The notes: generated by a model not told the origin, from the letters alone. Counted from the first letter of the stretch, positions 19,737-31,186 are shown. The stretch is DNA of 64,000 bases from Bacteroidia bacterium (GCA_020053795.1 JAGVMN010000003.1:4891-68890); one strand, 5' to 3'. A program made the numbers and translations.

Positions 19737-21044
19737 ATGTCAGTGCAAACACAAACCTACAAAGTAAAAGACATTTCCCTGGCTGAGTGGGGAAGAAAAG
19801 AAATTAAGCTTGCCGAAGCAGAAATGCCGGGATTAATGGCCCTAAGAGAACAATATGGCCATTCGAAACCGCTTGCCGGTGCCAGAATTACCGGCTGTCT
19901 TCACATGACTATTCAAACAGCCGTTTTAATCGAAACGCTTACCGCCCTCGGAGCAGAAGTAAGCTGGTCTTCATGCAATATTTTTTCTACTCAGGATCAT
20001 GCGGCGGCGGCCATTGCAGCTACCGGCGTTCCGGTATATGCATGGAAGGGTATGACAGAAGACGAATATGAATGGTGCATAGAACAAACTCTTTTTGCTT
20101 TTAATGATGGCAAAGCACTAAACATGATTTTGGATGATGGCGGAGACCTTACCAATTTAGTTTTAGATCGATATCCTGAATTAGCTGAAGGCATTAAGGG
20201 CATTACGGAAGAAACCACAACCGGAGTGCTAAGACTTTATGAACGTCAGAAAAAGGGCTCCCTCCCTGTGCCTGCTTTTAACGTGAATGATTCGGTTACC
20301 AAATCGAAATTTGACAATAAATATGGTTGTCGTGAAAGTGCGGTTGATGCCATTCGTCGTGCAACGGATTTAATGTTGGCCGGGAAAGTGGTTGTCGTTG
20401 CGGGTTATGGCGATGTAGGAAAAGGAACAGCTTTGAGCTTTCGCGGAGCAGGGGCTCGTGTTATTGTAACCGAAATTGACCCTATATGTGCTTTGCAAGC
20501 AGCAATGGATGGTTTTGAAGTGAAGAAAATGGTTACGGCCATCCCTTTAAGCGATATCGTCGTAACTGCTACCGGAAATCGCGACATCATAAACAGCTCA
20601 CACTTTAAAATGATGAGGGATAAAACGGTAGTTTGCAACATTGGTCATTTTGATAATGAGATAGACGTCGCCTGGTTAAAGTCAAATTATGGAAAAAATC
20701 ATTACGAAGTAAAACCACAAGTGGATGTCTATAATATTGATGGAAGAGAAATTATTCTTCTTGCCCAAGGTCGCCTGGTTAATTTGGGGTGTGCCACCGG
20801 ACATCCGTCTTTTGTTATGTCAAATTCATTTACAAACCAGACACTCGCTCAAATGGAATTGTGGAATAAACATGCCAATTATGAGAAAAAGGTTTATACC
20901 CTCCCGAAGCATTTAGATGAAATGGTGGCTCGTTTGCATTTGGCTAAAGTTGGGGTAGAGTTGGAAGAACTAAGTGACGAACAAGCTTCATACATTGGGG
21001 TTCCTAAGCAAGGACCATACAAATCCGAACAATACAGATATTAA
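19737..21044 (+). CDS. ahcY: Adenosylhomocysteinase
   Basis: [46 protein letters not shown]. Confidence 0.97.
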   Translation: MSVQTQTYKVKDISLAEWGRKEIKLAEAEMPGLMALREQYGHSKPLAGARITGCLHMTIQTAVLIETLTALGAEVSWSSCNIFSTQDHAAAAIAATGVPVYAWKGMTEDEYEWCIEQTLFAFNDGKALNMILDDGGDLTNLVLDRYPELAEGIKGITEETTTGVLRLYERQKKGSLPVPAFNVNDSVTKSKFDNKYGCRESAVDAIRRATDLMLAGKVVVVAGYGDVGKGTALSFRGAGARVIVTEIDPICALQAAMDGFEVKKMVTAIPLSDIVVTATGNRDIINSSHFKMMRDKTVVCNIGHFDNEIDVAWLKSNYGKNHYEVKPQVDVYNIDGREIILLAQGRLVNLGCATGHPSFVMSNSFTNQTLAQMELWNKHANYEKKVYTLPKHLDEMVARLHLAKVGVELEELSDEQASYIGVPKQGPYKSEQYRY

Positions 21045-21156
21045 ATTTTCAACGGTTGATAGGTTTATTAGTTTAAGGGTTGACAAAATTTGTGTGGTAT
21101 GCATTGCGTTATTTCAACTTATAAACCAATGTACATTTTTTCAACGCGTCAACCAT

Positions 21157-21185
21157 TAAAAAAAGAAATGGAGCCTAAGCTCCAT
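21157..21185 (-). terminator. Intrinsic terminator
   Basis: ATGGAGC-ctaa-GCTCCAT followed on the minus strand by TTCTTTTTTT. Confidence 0.6.
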
Positions 21186-21341
21186 AACTTACAATTAAAT
21201 ATGAAAATTACTCGAATATGGCTTTCAAAAACTCCGGATGAATGAGGGTCACAAACGCATATCCCACCTTTGTTTCCCATGCTCAAATTCTTTGTCGGGA
21301 AACCACCAGATTGGTTGCATAAGCATCCAAAAATAAAATGC

Positions 21342-22151
21342 TTATTTTTTAGTTTTTTCGGGCTTCATCAGTAAAAATCTGAAGGCTCCTTTTTTATGAG
21401 ATGTTTCAGGCTTATCATGTTTTTCAAATCCACTCCTTCTTTCATCAGAATTCCAATCACTAGTCGCCTCATATTTCGCCCGTATTGCTTTCATATCTGC
21501 CTTCCATTTACCACTTTCAGCTTCCAAAGAAAGTTTAATGGAATCAAAAGCAACCTTATGTGCCTCCACAATTGGCTCCAGGTTGACCTTCATTTCCTGT
21601 TTCATATCATGATGCTTTTTATGACTGTTATGTCTGCTTATGTGATGGTGCCCCCTTCGTTCTTCCTTGGCCCCTTCTCTCATCTTCCACACTTTTTTAC
21701 GCATTGCATCAATGGTTTTTCTTTCTTCTTCAGACAGTTCTTTATTAAACTCTAAACGCTTCTTCCTCAACACTGGTTCTATATTAGATTCACGATAGTT
21801 TCTCAATTCGCTCCTCATCTGCTTCATTTTATCCTTTTGCTCTTTTCTTAATTCCTTCAACCGGGTTTGCTGTTCCGGTGTTAACACGGTTTTTACTTCT
21901 TTCCGGTGTTCTCTGTGCAGGGCTCTGAGTTTTTCAGCATTCCCTTCAAGATCAGTCAGTAATGGTTTAATTTGTTCTCTATGCTTTTTATCAAGGTCTT
22001 CAATAAGTGCACGTTGTTCCGCTGTTAGATTTAGTGCTTCTGCCCATTGTTCCAATTGTTGTTTGTGTTTTACCTCCCAAGCTGACCCCTGAGCATGTGA
22101 TTTTAATACCATTGGTAACAACATCACGATGACAATCATTTTTTCCTTCAT
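21342..22151 (-). CDS. Spy/CpxP-like periplasmic helical protein with a His-rich segment
   Basis: Signal peptide, repeated LTxxQ-like motifs (LTAEQ, LTPEQ, LSEEE), highly charged. Confidence 0.65.
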   Translation of the reverse strand: MKEKMIVIVMLLPMVLKSHAQGSAWEVKHKQQLEQWAEALNLTAEQRALIEDLDKKHREQIKPLLTDLEGNAEKLRALHREHRKEVKTVLTPEQQTRLKELRKEQKDKMKQMRSELRNYRESNIEPVLRKKRLEFNKELSEEERKTIDAMRKKVWKMREGAKEERRGHHHISRHNSHKKHHDMKQEMKVNLEPIVEAHKVAFDSIKLSLEAESGKWKADMKAIRAKYEATSDWNSDERRSGFEKHDKPETSHKKGAFRFLLMKPEKTKK

Positions 22152-22442
22152 AACATTCGAATTTTAGGTTTTACTTATAACGCTTTTTTTGACGATAATC
22201 GTTTCAAAATCCGTTGCAGGGAATTTGAAGAAATAAAAAGGTGTTGAAACTTGCTTAAACCTGCTTGGAAGAATTTGAGTATTTGAATAATCAGACTATT
22301 CAAACATAACGGCAATCCTGACCGATTTTTATTCGTAAAATATTGAAAGCACCTTCAAACTGCTGTCATACCATCGGAATGATTGATTCGATAAAATGTC
22401 ATTAAAAACTGATTTCAGAGGGTGTTGCTAATGTGCATCTAC

Positions 22443-22937
22443 TCAGACAAATTTTTTCAAATAAACCTTTTTGATATTTTTTACCTCTTTTCCGGCTCCG
22501 TTAATGTAATAGAGGCCATCTATTTGCCATATATTCTGATAAGACTTATTTTGCATTACCTTATAAATGTACGACTCATTTTTGTCTTCGGCCTTATTTA
22601 TCAACTGTATGGTAATGGTCAAACCGTCCTTGGATAATACCCAAGATGTAACTTCACCATAATCGGGAGCCCATTTATAATCTCCCTTTTGGTTTGCAGT
22701 GAAATTATAAAACCCTTCAATAGGAGATTCGGTGGCAGATTCAATGGGTCTGCTATTGTCTTTGTAAACAGTAAGCGTCACCGCACTATCCATTATCCAT
22801 CTTCCAGTCAGAGAGGCCACTGTATGGGGTGTTATTGAAAGATCAGGCGGAATGGGTTCAGGGTTGTCTTTGCATGAAACAACAAATAAAGAATGGAGTG
22901 CAAACAGGGAGCAAGCAATCATGTAGATCTTTTTCAT
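22443..22937 (-). CDS. Lipoprotein, lipocalin-like
   Basis: Lipobox VVS-C, LTGRW motif. Confidence 0.7.
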   Translation of the reverse strand: MKKIYMIACSLFALHSLFVVSCKDNPEPIPPDLSITPHTVASLTGRWIMDSAVTLTVYKDNSRPIESATESPIEGFYNFTANQKGDYKWAPDYGEVTSWVLSKDGLTITIQLINKAEDKNESYIYKVMQNKSYQNIWQIDGLYYINGAGKEVKNIKKVYLKKFV

Positions 22938-23073
22938 GGGTTTATTTCTCTAGTTAGGACTATTAAATTCGACCACCAAAAATGGTGATCTTTTATTCTT
23001 TGTTCGAACTTAATAAATCAAAATGAAATTTCAAAATTTCTTTGCGTAAAAGAAAGCCGGCAATAAACCCAAC

Positions 23074-24339
23074 CTACATGTTTGCAATAATTGCATCACC
23101 AAATTCTGAGCATTTCAGTAGCTTAGCACCCGTCATAAGTCGCTCAAAATCATAGGTTACAGTTTTGGAGGCAATGGATTTTTCCAACGCCGAATAAATC
23201 AGGTTAGATGCTTCTGTCCATCCTAAGTACTCAAGCATCAAAGCCCCCGAAAGGATTACCGAGCCGGGGTTTACCTTATCAAGGTTTGCGTATTTGGGTG
23301 CCGTTCCGTGTGTGGCTTCGAAAATAGCATGACCGGTTACATAGTTGATATTCGCTCCGGGTGCAATTCCAATGCCTCCTACGATTGCTGCCAATGCATC
23401 GCTGATATAATCGCCGTTCAAATTGAGTGTTGCAATCACTGAATATTCCTGTGGTCTCAGCAAAATCTGTTGCAAAAAAGCATCGGCAATAGAATCTTTA
23501 ACCAGAATTTTGCCCGTTTTGATGGCTGCATCCTGTGCTTCGTTGGCTGCGGCTTCACCCTTTGCGTCTTTTATCTTATTAAATTGCAACCAGGTGAACA
23601 CTCTATCACCAAATTCTCTTTCGGCCAACTCATAACCCCAGTTCTTGAAGGCCCCTTCGGTAAATTTCATGATGTTGCCTTTGTGAACTAAAGTCAAAGA
23701 AGGTTTTTTATTATCAAGGGCATATTTTAAAGCGGCTCTAACAAGACGCTCCGTTCCTTCCTTAGATACCGGCTTAATCCCAATGGATGATGTTTCAGGG
23801 AAACGAATTTTTTTAACACCCATTTCCTCCATCAAAAATTTCTTCACCTTATCTGCTTCCGGCGTTCCGGCCATATACTCTATTCCGGCATAAATGTCTT
23901 CTGTATTTTCTCTGTAAATCACCATGTCGCAATACTCCGGATGCACAACAGGCGATGGAACACCTGTAAACCAGCGAACCGGACGAACACAGGCATACAA
24001 ATCCAAAACCTGACGAAGAGCAACGTTCAAAGACCTGATGCCACCACCAACAGGGGTGGTCAGTGGTCCTTTAATACCCACCAGATATTCATTGAAGGCA
24101 TCCAACGTTTCATCGGGCAACCAGTTGCCGGTTTTATTAAAAGCCTTTTCTCCGGCTAATACTTCCTTCCATTCTATTTTGCGATCACCACCATAGGATT
24201 TTTGCACAGCCGCATCAATCACTCTAACCGAAGCCCTCCAGATATCCGGGCCGGTTCCGTCTCCCTCAATAAAAGGGATGATCGGGTGATTGGGTACATT
24301 CAATACATTGTTGCTGATGGTGATTTTCTGAGCTGTCAT
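23074..24339 (-). CDS. icd: NADP-dependent isocitrate dehydrogenase
   Basis: [47 protein letters not shown]. Confidence 0.97.
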   Translation of the reverse strand: MTAQKITISNNVLNVPNHPIIPFIEGDGTGPDIWRASVRVIDAAVQKSYGGDRKIEWKEVLAGEKAFNKTGNWLPDETLDAFNEYLVGIKGPLTTPVGGGIRSLNVALRQVLDLYACVRPVRWFTGVPSPVVHPEYCDMVIYRENTEDIYAGIEYMAGTPEADKVKKFLMEEMGVKKIRFPETSSIGIKPVSKEGTERLVRAALKYALDNKKPSLTLVHKGNIMKFTEGAFKNWGYELAEREFGDRVFTWLQFNKIKDAKGEAAANEAQDAAIKTGKILVKDSIADAFLQQILLRPQEYSVIATLNLNGDYISDALAAIVGGIGIAPGANINYVTGHAIFEATHGTAPKYANLDKVNPGSVILSGALMLEYLGWTEASNLIYSALEKSIASKTVTYDFERLMTGAKLLKCSEFGDAIIANM

Positions 24340-24559
24340 GGCTTAATTTTTTTAAGGGGGCAAAGGTATGCAGCCAGATTGTTATTGACAAGAGGGAATC
24401 AGATGACATTGGGGTGTTCTTAAAACAGGTGTCAAAAGAAATTCTTTGAGGGGCCATTTTGAATCTATTGGGAAATTTTCCATTTCTAGAAATAGAATAA
24501 GGTTTGAAACTATTATTCTAAATAACTTTCTATAATTGCAGTTCATATTTGTGTCATAA

Positions 24560-25318
24560 ATGAAGATCATTACAGTGAAAAAAGCCTTTTGTGTTATTTT
24601 ACTGATTGCCTGTCTGGATGGGTTCAGTCAGAATGATCTTGGAGATATGGAAGAGAAAAACGAAAAGGAAAAATTGAGTTTTTTCGATAAAAATGCCTTT
24701 TTCATTGTGAGACTTGGATGGGATGGTGGCAATACTCCTTCTACCAGTTATTCACGCCCTATTTACCCAAACCCATTTGACCCTGACCCCAACATTCCAA
24801 TTACTATGGAAACAGGCCGCCTTTACACCTCCTGGGTATCTATAGTTTCCATTGGGTTCGACAGCAGACTGAATCTCGTTAATTTTGCCGATAAAGCCTC
24901 CTTGTCTATTGCGAATGCCATGGACTTTTCTTTCCCAAGTATTACCTATGTTGAACATTACGACCTGAATGAAGCCGGTATGGGTCTTGGAACTTTTTCT
25001 ACCGGATTCTTCGCAGATTTGAACTTTTTAAATCACGCCACTTACAACAATAGCAATAAGAATGGTTTTACAATGGGTTTTGGAATGAGAGGATATTTGG
25101 CACCTCTCATTCCCATTGATGGTCCACCGGAAGGATTTGAATATAAGAAAGTTGTTTTTGGTCCTTCGGTACGCCTAATATTTAAAAGGGATAACAATGA
25201 TAGAAACATGGCCTATTACCTGGAGGTCGGAATACCTGAAAACGGAATTGACATAGGCGGATTTGAAGCTGCTAATGTATTTATTCGACTTCAACTGGGG
25301 TGGATACTTGGATATTAA
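24560..25318 (+). CDS. Hypothetical exported protein, probable outer-membrane beta-barrel
   Basis: Signal peptide, amphipathic beta strands, C-terminal aromatic (LGWILGY). Confidence 0.6.
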   Translation: MKIITVKKAFCVILLIACLDGFSQNDLGDMEEKNEKEKLSFFDKNAFFIVRLGWDGGNTPSTSYSRPIYPNPFDPDPNIPITMETGRLYTSWVSIVSIGFDSRLNLVNFADKASLSIANAMDFSFPSITYVEHYDLNEAGMGLGTFSTGFFADLNFLNHATYNNSNKNGFTMGFGMRGYLAPLIPIDGPPEGFEYKKVVFGPSVRLIFKRDNNDRNMAYYLEVGIPENGIDIGGFEAANVFIRLQLGWILGY

Positions 25319-25321
25319 CTT

Positions 25322-27457
25322 ATGAAAACATCAGGACTTTTGATGGGCTTGCTATTCATCACTCAAATGGTCATCGCCCAGGAAGGCGACCCGTTTAAAT
25401 CTACGGGTAGAATTCCTGATGAACTGTTTTTGTCAACAGTTGAGAAATACAACAAAAAGAAGAAAGAAGCTTTAAAGGCAAATATCAATCAACCAAGAGA
25501 ATTGCGTCAGTCTCAGGGTATTTTTTATCAGTCCAGCTATTTTATTATTGATGCTATTAAGAGCAATGCCGGCATTTATATAAACGATGAATTGACCATC
25601 TATATTAATAAAATAGCTGATGAAATTCTGAAAGACGACCCGGTTTTAAGATCGAAATTGCATTTTTACAGCTACCGTTCGCCCTATGCCAATGCATTTT
25701 CAACAGATCAGGGAGATATTTTTGTCACCGTTGGTTTACTGGCTTACTTGCACAACGAAGCAGAACTTGCTTTTATACTCTGCCATGAGATCGTACATTT
25801 CAAAAAACAACACAATATTGTAAAGTTCACAGAAACTGCCAAAGCCGAATTAGGAATGGGTAAATACAAAGACGTAGCTGTTGATGAATCGATTGAAGCA
25901 ATACATGGTTTTTCCAGAGAATTGGAAACTGAAGCAGACCTGAAAGGAATGCAAATGTTCCTGAAAACAAAATACGATATTAAATCAGTGGCTACCATGT
26001 TCGATGCACTCGAGGCATCTTCTTTACCTTTCCGAAATGATAAATTCGACCCGCTTCTAATTGGTACCGATTTTTTTTCAATACCAGAGAAATTTTTACC
26101 AAAAAAAAAGGAAAAAGAGCAGATTGAATCTGATGATGAAGATGATGAAGACAAGTCAAGCAGCCACCCACACATAGACGATCGAAGGCAATATACCTCG
26201 GAATTCATTACAGAGGAAAACCTGAAAAGCAGTAACATCACCTTTCTTCACAAGACGGAAACCGAGTTTGCACTATTGACCGAAAAGGCAAAACATGCTA
26301 TGTGTTATTACTATTTCGACAATGGTCAATATGTAAAATGTATGTATTTGGCCTACCTGCTTAACATTCAAACGCCTAAGGAAGAGTATGTGAAATTGAT
26401 GATGAAAAGCAGCTACACGGCGATGATGCTCAAAAACAAGAAAAAAAGTATCTCCGAAAAAAGATGGGAAGTTTTCGAAGGAGAAGAATATCCCTTGTAT
26501 CACCTGCTCTACAAATCGAAAAAGGAAACCCTTGGCTCCATTAATTTTTTGATTTTCTGGAGCTATTTATCAAAAAATCCGACAGACAGTTTTTGGCGTT
26601 ATGCCACCTTACTGTCATTAAATGAAATGGTGAATGCATGCGGTAAGAACTGGAGTTCTTATCAGTCAAATAATTTCGACACCACCAGTAAAACATCGGA
26701 ACACATTATTCTGATGATGCCCTATCTCAAAAAAGCATTTAACGAACCGCTGTTCAAGCAGTTATTCGGAAATATATCTGATTACAAATTCAACCCTGCC
26801 GATAAGGAAGAAAATCAGGAAAACGACTTTCACAAAATTTCAAAACAAGCCGAGCCCCCAGGAATTAAAAGTTTGCTCATTATTAATCCTTTTTACTTAA
26901 GGGAAGATGCTGCAGTTGATGGTGGTATTGATTTCATAACGGCCTATTCTAAAGAAACCATAATACTCAATCACCTGAAATATGCCTCCAATAAAGCTGG
27001 GATTAAGACTTCTATAGTTGATGCGAGAATTGCCGGTAAATATGACGGCGAAATTTTTGACGAAATAGCCGTTGCCACTTCCTATTTTGACAAATTCGCA
27101 GAAATAGCGTTCGATACCTCTATAGCCATTATGCCATCTTCAGAAAAGCGGATAGAAGCCCTAAGTCGTAAGTATGATGCCCGCTATTTTATGTATTTTG
27201 GAATGAGATCATACAGAGGAGGTGTGGATTATGACAATATGTGGGTCTTGGCCTGGGTTGCTATTTTTCCCAATTTATTACCACAAGTTATCATGACGAC
27301 TTTCGCAAAATATAGAAAATCAGAATATTACTACCTGATAGTGGATAGTCAAACAGGAAAGGTTGTTACCAGTGGATACCTTGAAACCGAAGGATTACGA
27401 GATAACACTCCAATAGTTACCAGAACGCTTTATGAAATTTTTAAGACACTTAACTAA
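25322..27457 (+). CDS. M48 family zinc metalloprotease with long C-terminal extension
   Basis: NAF...G.IFVTVGLL...NEAELAFILCHEIVH, FSRELETEAD, SHP motif. Confidence 0.85.
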   Translation: MKTSGLLMGLLFITQMVIAQEGDPFKSTGRIPDELFLSTVEKYNKKKKEALKANINQPRELRQSQGIFYQSSYFIIDAIKSNAGIYINDELTIYINKIADEILKDDPVLRSKLHFYSYRSPYANAFSTDQGDIFVTVGLLAYLHNEAELAFILCHEIVHFKKQHNIVKFTETAKAELGMGKYKDVAVDESIEAIHGFSRELETEADLKGMQMFLKTKYDIKSVATMFDALEASSLPFRNDKFDPLLIGTDFFSIPEKFLPKKKEKEQIESDDEDDEDKSSSHPHIDDRRQYTSEFITEENLKSSNITFLHKTETEFALLTEKAKHAMCYYYFDNGQYVKCMYLAYLLNIQTPKEEYVKLMMKSSYTAMMLKNKKKSISEKRWEVFEGEEYPLYHLLYKSKKETLGSINFLIFWSYLSKNPTDSFWRYATLLSLNEMVNACGKNWSSYQSNNFDTTSKTSEHIILMMPYLKKAFNEPLFKQLFGNISDYKFNPADKEENQENDFHKISKQAEPPGIKSLLIINPFYLREDAAVDGGIDFITAYSKETIILNHLKYASNKAGIKTSIVDARIAGKYDGEIFDEIAVATSYFDKFAEIAFDTSIAIMPSSEKRIEALSRKYDARYFMYFGMRSYRGGVDYDNMWVLAWVAIFPNLLPQVIMTTFAKYRKSEYYYLIVDSQTGKVVTSGYLETEGLRDNTPIVTRTLYEIFKTLN

Positions 27458-28160
27458 GTTAATGGCGATCTGGGCATCATCCCTGATTTCTGCTGAAACA
27501 GTCAATGGTCAGGGCTGGGGAATAATTGACCGCAAGAACAGTCTTTATGTGCAGCCCGAATTTCTAATGGTGCATAATTTCGCTGAATTCTTAGGAATAG
27601 ATTTGAGGTACTCCGCAGGTTATAGCCGGCAGATAACCCCTAAAATGGAGATGGGAATCAGGATTATGTCAGCCAAAACTAAGATAATTTATCAACCGGA
27701 TGAAGAGCCTTTTTACAGTTATGAAAGCAGGGGTGGCTTAAAAATGAAAGGGGCAGAACTTGTTTTGAAGCGGTACCACAAAAATGGTGAATTTGTTCCT
27801 TTTGGAAGGTTTCTGGAATTCTCAGTTGGTCTTAACATGTTCATTGCGGAATCTTCTGTTTATTACAAATCCGTTGAAATCCCACATGACCCATATCGCA
27901 TGTGGAAAAAAATCATTGAACCAGACCGTGAAATTAAGACACTTTCTGTTGGATTCAAATTTGGTAAACAGTGGCTGTTCGAGAATCATTTCTTCCTGAA
28001 TACAGGTGTTTCGTTTAGATTGCATTTTGTAACCGATGAATATTTTGACCCGACCTTTAACAAGGAAGATTTTCAGGTCAGTTCAAAACAAATCTATATT
28101 TACTCCATTTTTTCAAGAGACGTTGTGACATCGTTTGTCTCTCTGGGTTATTTCTTCTGA
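27432..28160 (+). CDS. Hypothetical outer-membrane beta-barrel protein
   Basis: Signal-like N-terminus, alternating beta strands, terminal SLGYFF. Confidence 0.65.
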   Translation: MKFLRHLTKLMAIWASSLISAETVNGQGWGIIDRKNSLYVQPEFLMVHNFAEFLGIDLRYSAGYSRQITPKMEMGIRIMSAKTKIIYQPDEEPFYSYESRGGLKMKGAELVLKRYHKNGEFVPFGRFLEFSVGLNMFIAESSVYYKSVEIPHDPYRMWKKIIEPDREIKTLSVGFKFGKQWLFENHFFLNTGVSFRLHFVTDEYFDPTFNKEDFQVSSKQIYIYSIFSRDVVTSFVSLGYFF

Positions 28161-28215
28161 TGCCATTTTTTTTATAAACCCTCAAGTTTTTTTCAAAACT
28201 TTCAGGGTTTGAAAA

Positions 28216-30966
28216 TTATTGAACCTTCACCAACCTAACCCCCGCTCCATTGGCCTTTAGCAAATAAATACCATTGCCAAGAGCAGAAATGTCCAGATTG
28301 TTTTGGCCGGAAGAGCAAGGCTTTTCGTAAAGGAGGTTGCCAACCATATCATAGATGGTTACCGTTCCGGATTGTTGTAGGTGAACCGTCAAATGTCCGG
28401 GGGTTGGGTTTGGGTAAACCCTTATAGCGGGCAATTTTTCTGGAAAACCTTCTATGCCCACGTTGCAGGATGGGATCGTGCTGACGAGCGTATTCTTCAC
28501 TTCATTGGTCATCACCGGCGGGTTGAAATCGAAGTAGATTCCTGCCTTGCCTTTTACAATCGTTCCATTAGGCAGTCCGCTGTTGGGCATGATTTCATAG
28601 ATCACATAGCCGTGACTGCCTTTTTCGTCGGTGTTGCTGTCTGGCAAATGGATATTGTCGAAACGAAACTTCATCACCCGACCGGGCAATACTTCGGTGA
28701 TCATGGGCCGATGACTTTGGCCAACTACTCTCAGGGTATTGATGTCCAAATCAGCATCAAGCGAATCCAAAATATAAATGTCTATGGCATCTGCACTTCC
28801 GGTATTTTGAAACTGAACGGTATAAGTAAGCACCTCATTTTTCAGGGCATAGTTTTCCTTGCAAGCCCCGGCCGGATAAACGGATTTGATATTGGGGTCG
28901 TAGGAATTTCTAACGGGATAACAATACCGTTTGATATTGTTTTTGGTGTTGGAGTCTCCAATTGAGGGCGTAATAAATACATCAAAGCAGAGGGTATCTC
29001 TTCTTGTCAAATTCGTCTCCGAAGTAACATTTATAAAAGGTTTGATTGGTTTTGAGTCATAAGACAATCCGGTGAAATTCCAGAATAAAGTGTCTCCTGA
29101 AATAAGGTCAGGGTTTGGGGATGCACTGTTGTAATTTACATCAGAATCTAATACCAATCTCATCCCCCCATTCACGGGGTAGCATCCATCATTGAAAGGA
29201 GACACATATATATTCGATTTCCTTCCAGGGCTAAAAACATTGGTCGCCAAATCGACAGTTAAGTCAAAGCCTGAGCTGTAGGTAGGTTTATTTATCATCA
29301 GGGATTTGAATCTTGAACAATTATTGTTATCGGTCACCTTTATTGAATAAATTCCAGCCGATTTCAAAGTTGCAAAAGAATCCATTGTTGGAGGCACTGT
29401 ACTCCACTCGTAAGCGTATGGTTGCCTTCCATGAGATGCATGAACGGATGCAAAACCAGCCGTTTTGCAAAGGTTGTTTATTAGGCTATCAACAACCAAA
29501 ACAAGGTTGGCACATGAGTCTTGATTCAATTTTTGGATAAAAGAATTAATATTTAACATTTTATCTGAACCAAAACCAGTTACAAATACATTTCTAGTCA
29601 TATCAACCGCGATTGAAGTACCCCAGAAGCCTGTTTTGCACGCATTCAAACATTGAGCCCATTTAAAATTTCCATTTGAATCTAATTTAGAAACGAATGC
29701 GGCATCATTTTCTGCATTCAAATAACTAATTCCAGTACCCGGATCAAAATCTACCGAATCCCTAAATGATCCTGTGAAGTAAACGTTTCCAGAATTATCC
29801 AGAGTCAATGATAATATCTTGTTTTCGGAATACCCACCAATATTCTTTGCCCAAATAAAATTTCCAGAAGTGTCTGTTTTTGATAGATAAAGGTCTTGAT
29901 CGCCACTGGCTTTCAAAAAATAGGTACTGGCTCCGTGGTCAAAATCAACTGACCCTGTAAACTCACCCGAAGCGTAAATATTACCAAAATCATCCAATGC
30001 AATTTTTGACACAGAATAATCATTCATTAATGATTGTATATGGTTTACTTCAAAATTTTGTGCCCAAATAAATTGGCCTGAAGTATCCAATTTCAAAATG
30101 AAGTTGTTTCTTTTGATAGTGTCGGCAGATTGGTAAAACGAACCTGCGTCAGGATTAAAATCGACCGTTCCGTTAAAGTTTCCAGAGGTGTAAATATTAC
30201 CGGACTTATCTGTTTTAATAGAGGTTCCGGCAGTATAGATGTTTCCTCCTACTCTTTTTGCCCAGACAAAATTTCCATTAGGGTCTAATTTTGATACAAA
30301 TAAGTCCTGCGGACTTGTGGCAGTTAAAAAGAAGATACCTGATCCCGGATCAAAATCAGCCTTTCCGGCAAATGAACCGGTAGTATAAACATTTCCCGAA
30401 GGATCAAGCGTGATCGACAACCCAACATCACCTTCGGCAATGGATAATGCAAGAGGACCCTCATAATTGGTAGCTCCTCCCATATTTCTTGCCCAAATAA
30501 AATTGCCGGAGGCATTTAATTTTAGCACGAATATATCAGAACTCCCGGAAGCAGTTAATTTATAGACACCATTGCCAGGGTCAAAATCTACAGTATTATA
30601 AAACTGGCCCGTTATGTAAGAATTGCCCGATATGTCTACTACTAGAGAAGTCCCATGTGTGTAATGAGGCTCGGTACTTCCGCCAATCATTTTTGCCCAT
30701 ACAAAATCTCCATCAAAATCAAGCTTTGAGACAAAAATTCCGCCGGGAGTTAAGAAGAAGGTATCAACTCCAGGGTCAAAGTCAGTTAATAAATTGATCG
30801 ATCCAGTGGAATAAACATTTCCCCACCCGTCCGTGGCAACAGAATTTGAAAGAACGCCGCCCTGTCCATTACCGGTGAATTTTTTTAACCATTCTGATTT
30901 CGGTGCCTGTGCATTAATAAATGTTGGTGCCATAAAGCAAAGCAACGGGAATAATATTTTTTTCAT
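28216..30966 (-). CDS. T9SS cargo: SBBP beta-propeller repeats, SprB-like repeat, DUF7619-like domain, type A CTD
   Basis: Repeated xDxSGNVYxTGxFxxxxDFDPG...FVSKLDxxGNFxWAK. SYDPNIK, YTVQFQNTG, IYFDFNPPVMTN, RVYPNP. Confidence 0.88.
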   Translation of the reverse strand: MKKILFPLLCFMAPTFINAQAPKSEWLKKFTGNGQGGVLSNSVATDGWGNVYSTGSINLLTDFDPGVDTFFLTPGGIFVSKLDFDGDFVWAKMIGGSTEPHYTHGTSLVVDISGNSYITGQFYNTVDFDPGNGVYKLTASGSSDIFVLKLNASGNFIWARNMGGATNYEGPLALSIAEGDVGLSITLDPSGNVYTTGSFAGKADFDPGSGIFFLTATSPQDLFVSKLDPNGNFVWAKRVGGNIYTAGTSIKTDKSGNIYTSGNFNGTVDFNPDAGSFYQSADTIKRNNFILKLDTSGQFIWAQNFEVNHIQSLMNDYSVSKIALDDFGNIYASGEFTGSVDFDHGASTYFLKASGDQDLYLSKTDTSGNFIWAKNIGGYSENKILSLTLDNSGNVYFTGSFRDSVDFDPGTGISYLNAENDAAFVSKLDSNGNFKWAQCLNACKTGFWGTSIAVDMTRNVFVTGFGSDKMLNINSFIQKLNQDSCANLVLVVDSLINNLCKTAGFASVHASHGRQPYAYEWSTVPPTMDSFATLKSAGIYSIKVTDNNNCSRFKSLMINKPTYSSGFDLTVDLATNVFSPGRKSNIYVSPFNDGCYPVNGGMRLVLDSDVNYNSASPNPDLISGDTLFWNFTGLSYDSKPIKPFINVTSETNLTRRDTLCFDVFITPSIGDSNTKNNIKRYCYPVRNSYDPNIKSVYPAGACKENYALKNEVLTYTVQFQNTGSADAIDIYILDSLDADLDINTLRVVGQSHRPMITEVLPGRVMKFRFDNIHLPDSNTDEKGSHGYVIYEIMPNSGLPNGTIVKGKAGIYFDFNPPVMTNEVKNTLVSTIPSCNVGIEGFPEKLPAIRVYPNPTPGHLTVHLQQSGTVTIYDMVGNLLYEKPCSSGQNNLDISALGNGIYLLKANGAGVRLVKVQ

Positions 30967-31015
30967 GGGATGATTAGGTTGGTTTTCAGATGATCGGTTT
31001 CGGTCGTCAATACCA

Positions 31016-31042
31016 TAGACACTATAATCCCGAAAGGTTGCA
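31016..31042 (-). promoter_or_regulatory. Possible ECF-sigma promoter for the T9SS cargo gene
   Basis: Minus strand TGCAAC-N16-GTCTA. Confidence 0.45.
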
Positions 31043-31083
31043 GACGAATGACATGATATTCATCCGATTAATGTCATATTTTT

Positions 31084-31186
31084 TCAATCGAGGTTAACCT
31101 CCTGATACAACCCCGGAATCTCTGCACTCCTAAACCCTTTGCCTTTGAGTGCCGCCTTGAACAATTCCTGCTTTTCCGGTTCGCCG
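31084..31186 (-). pseudogene. Orphan second copy of the 3' end of the beta-CASP RNase gene
   Basis: Encodes GEPEKQELFKAALKGKGFRSAEIPGLYQEVNLD*. 79/90 nt identical to 31906-31995. Confidence 0.9.

Noticed and set aside
28381-28965. 194-aa plus-strand ORF
   Set aside because: Antisense shadow of the T9SS cargo gene, with no recognisable motif.
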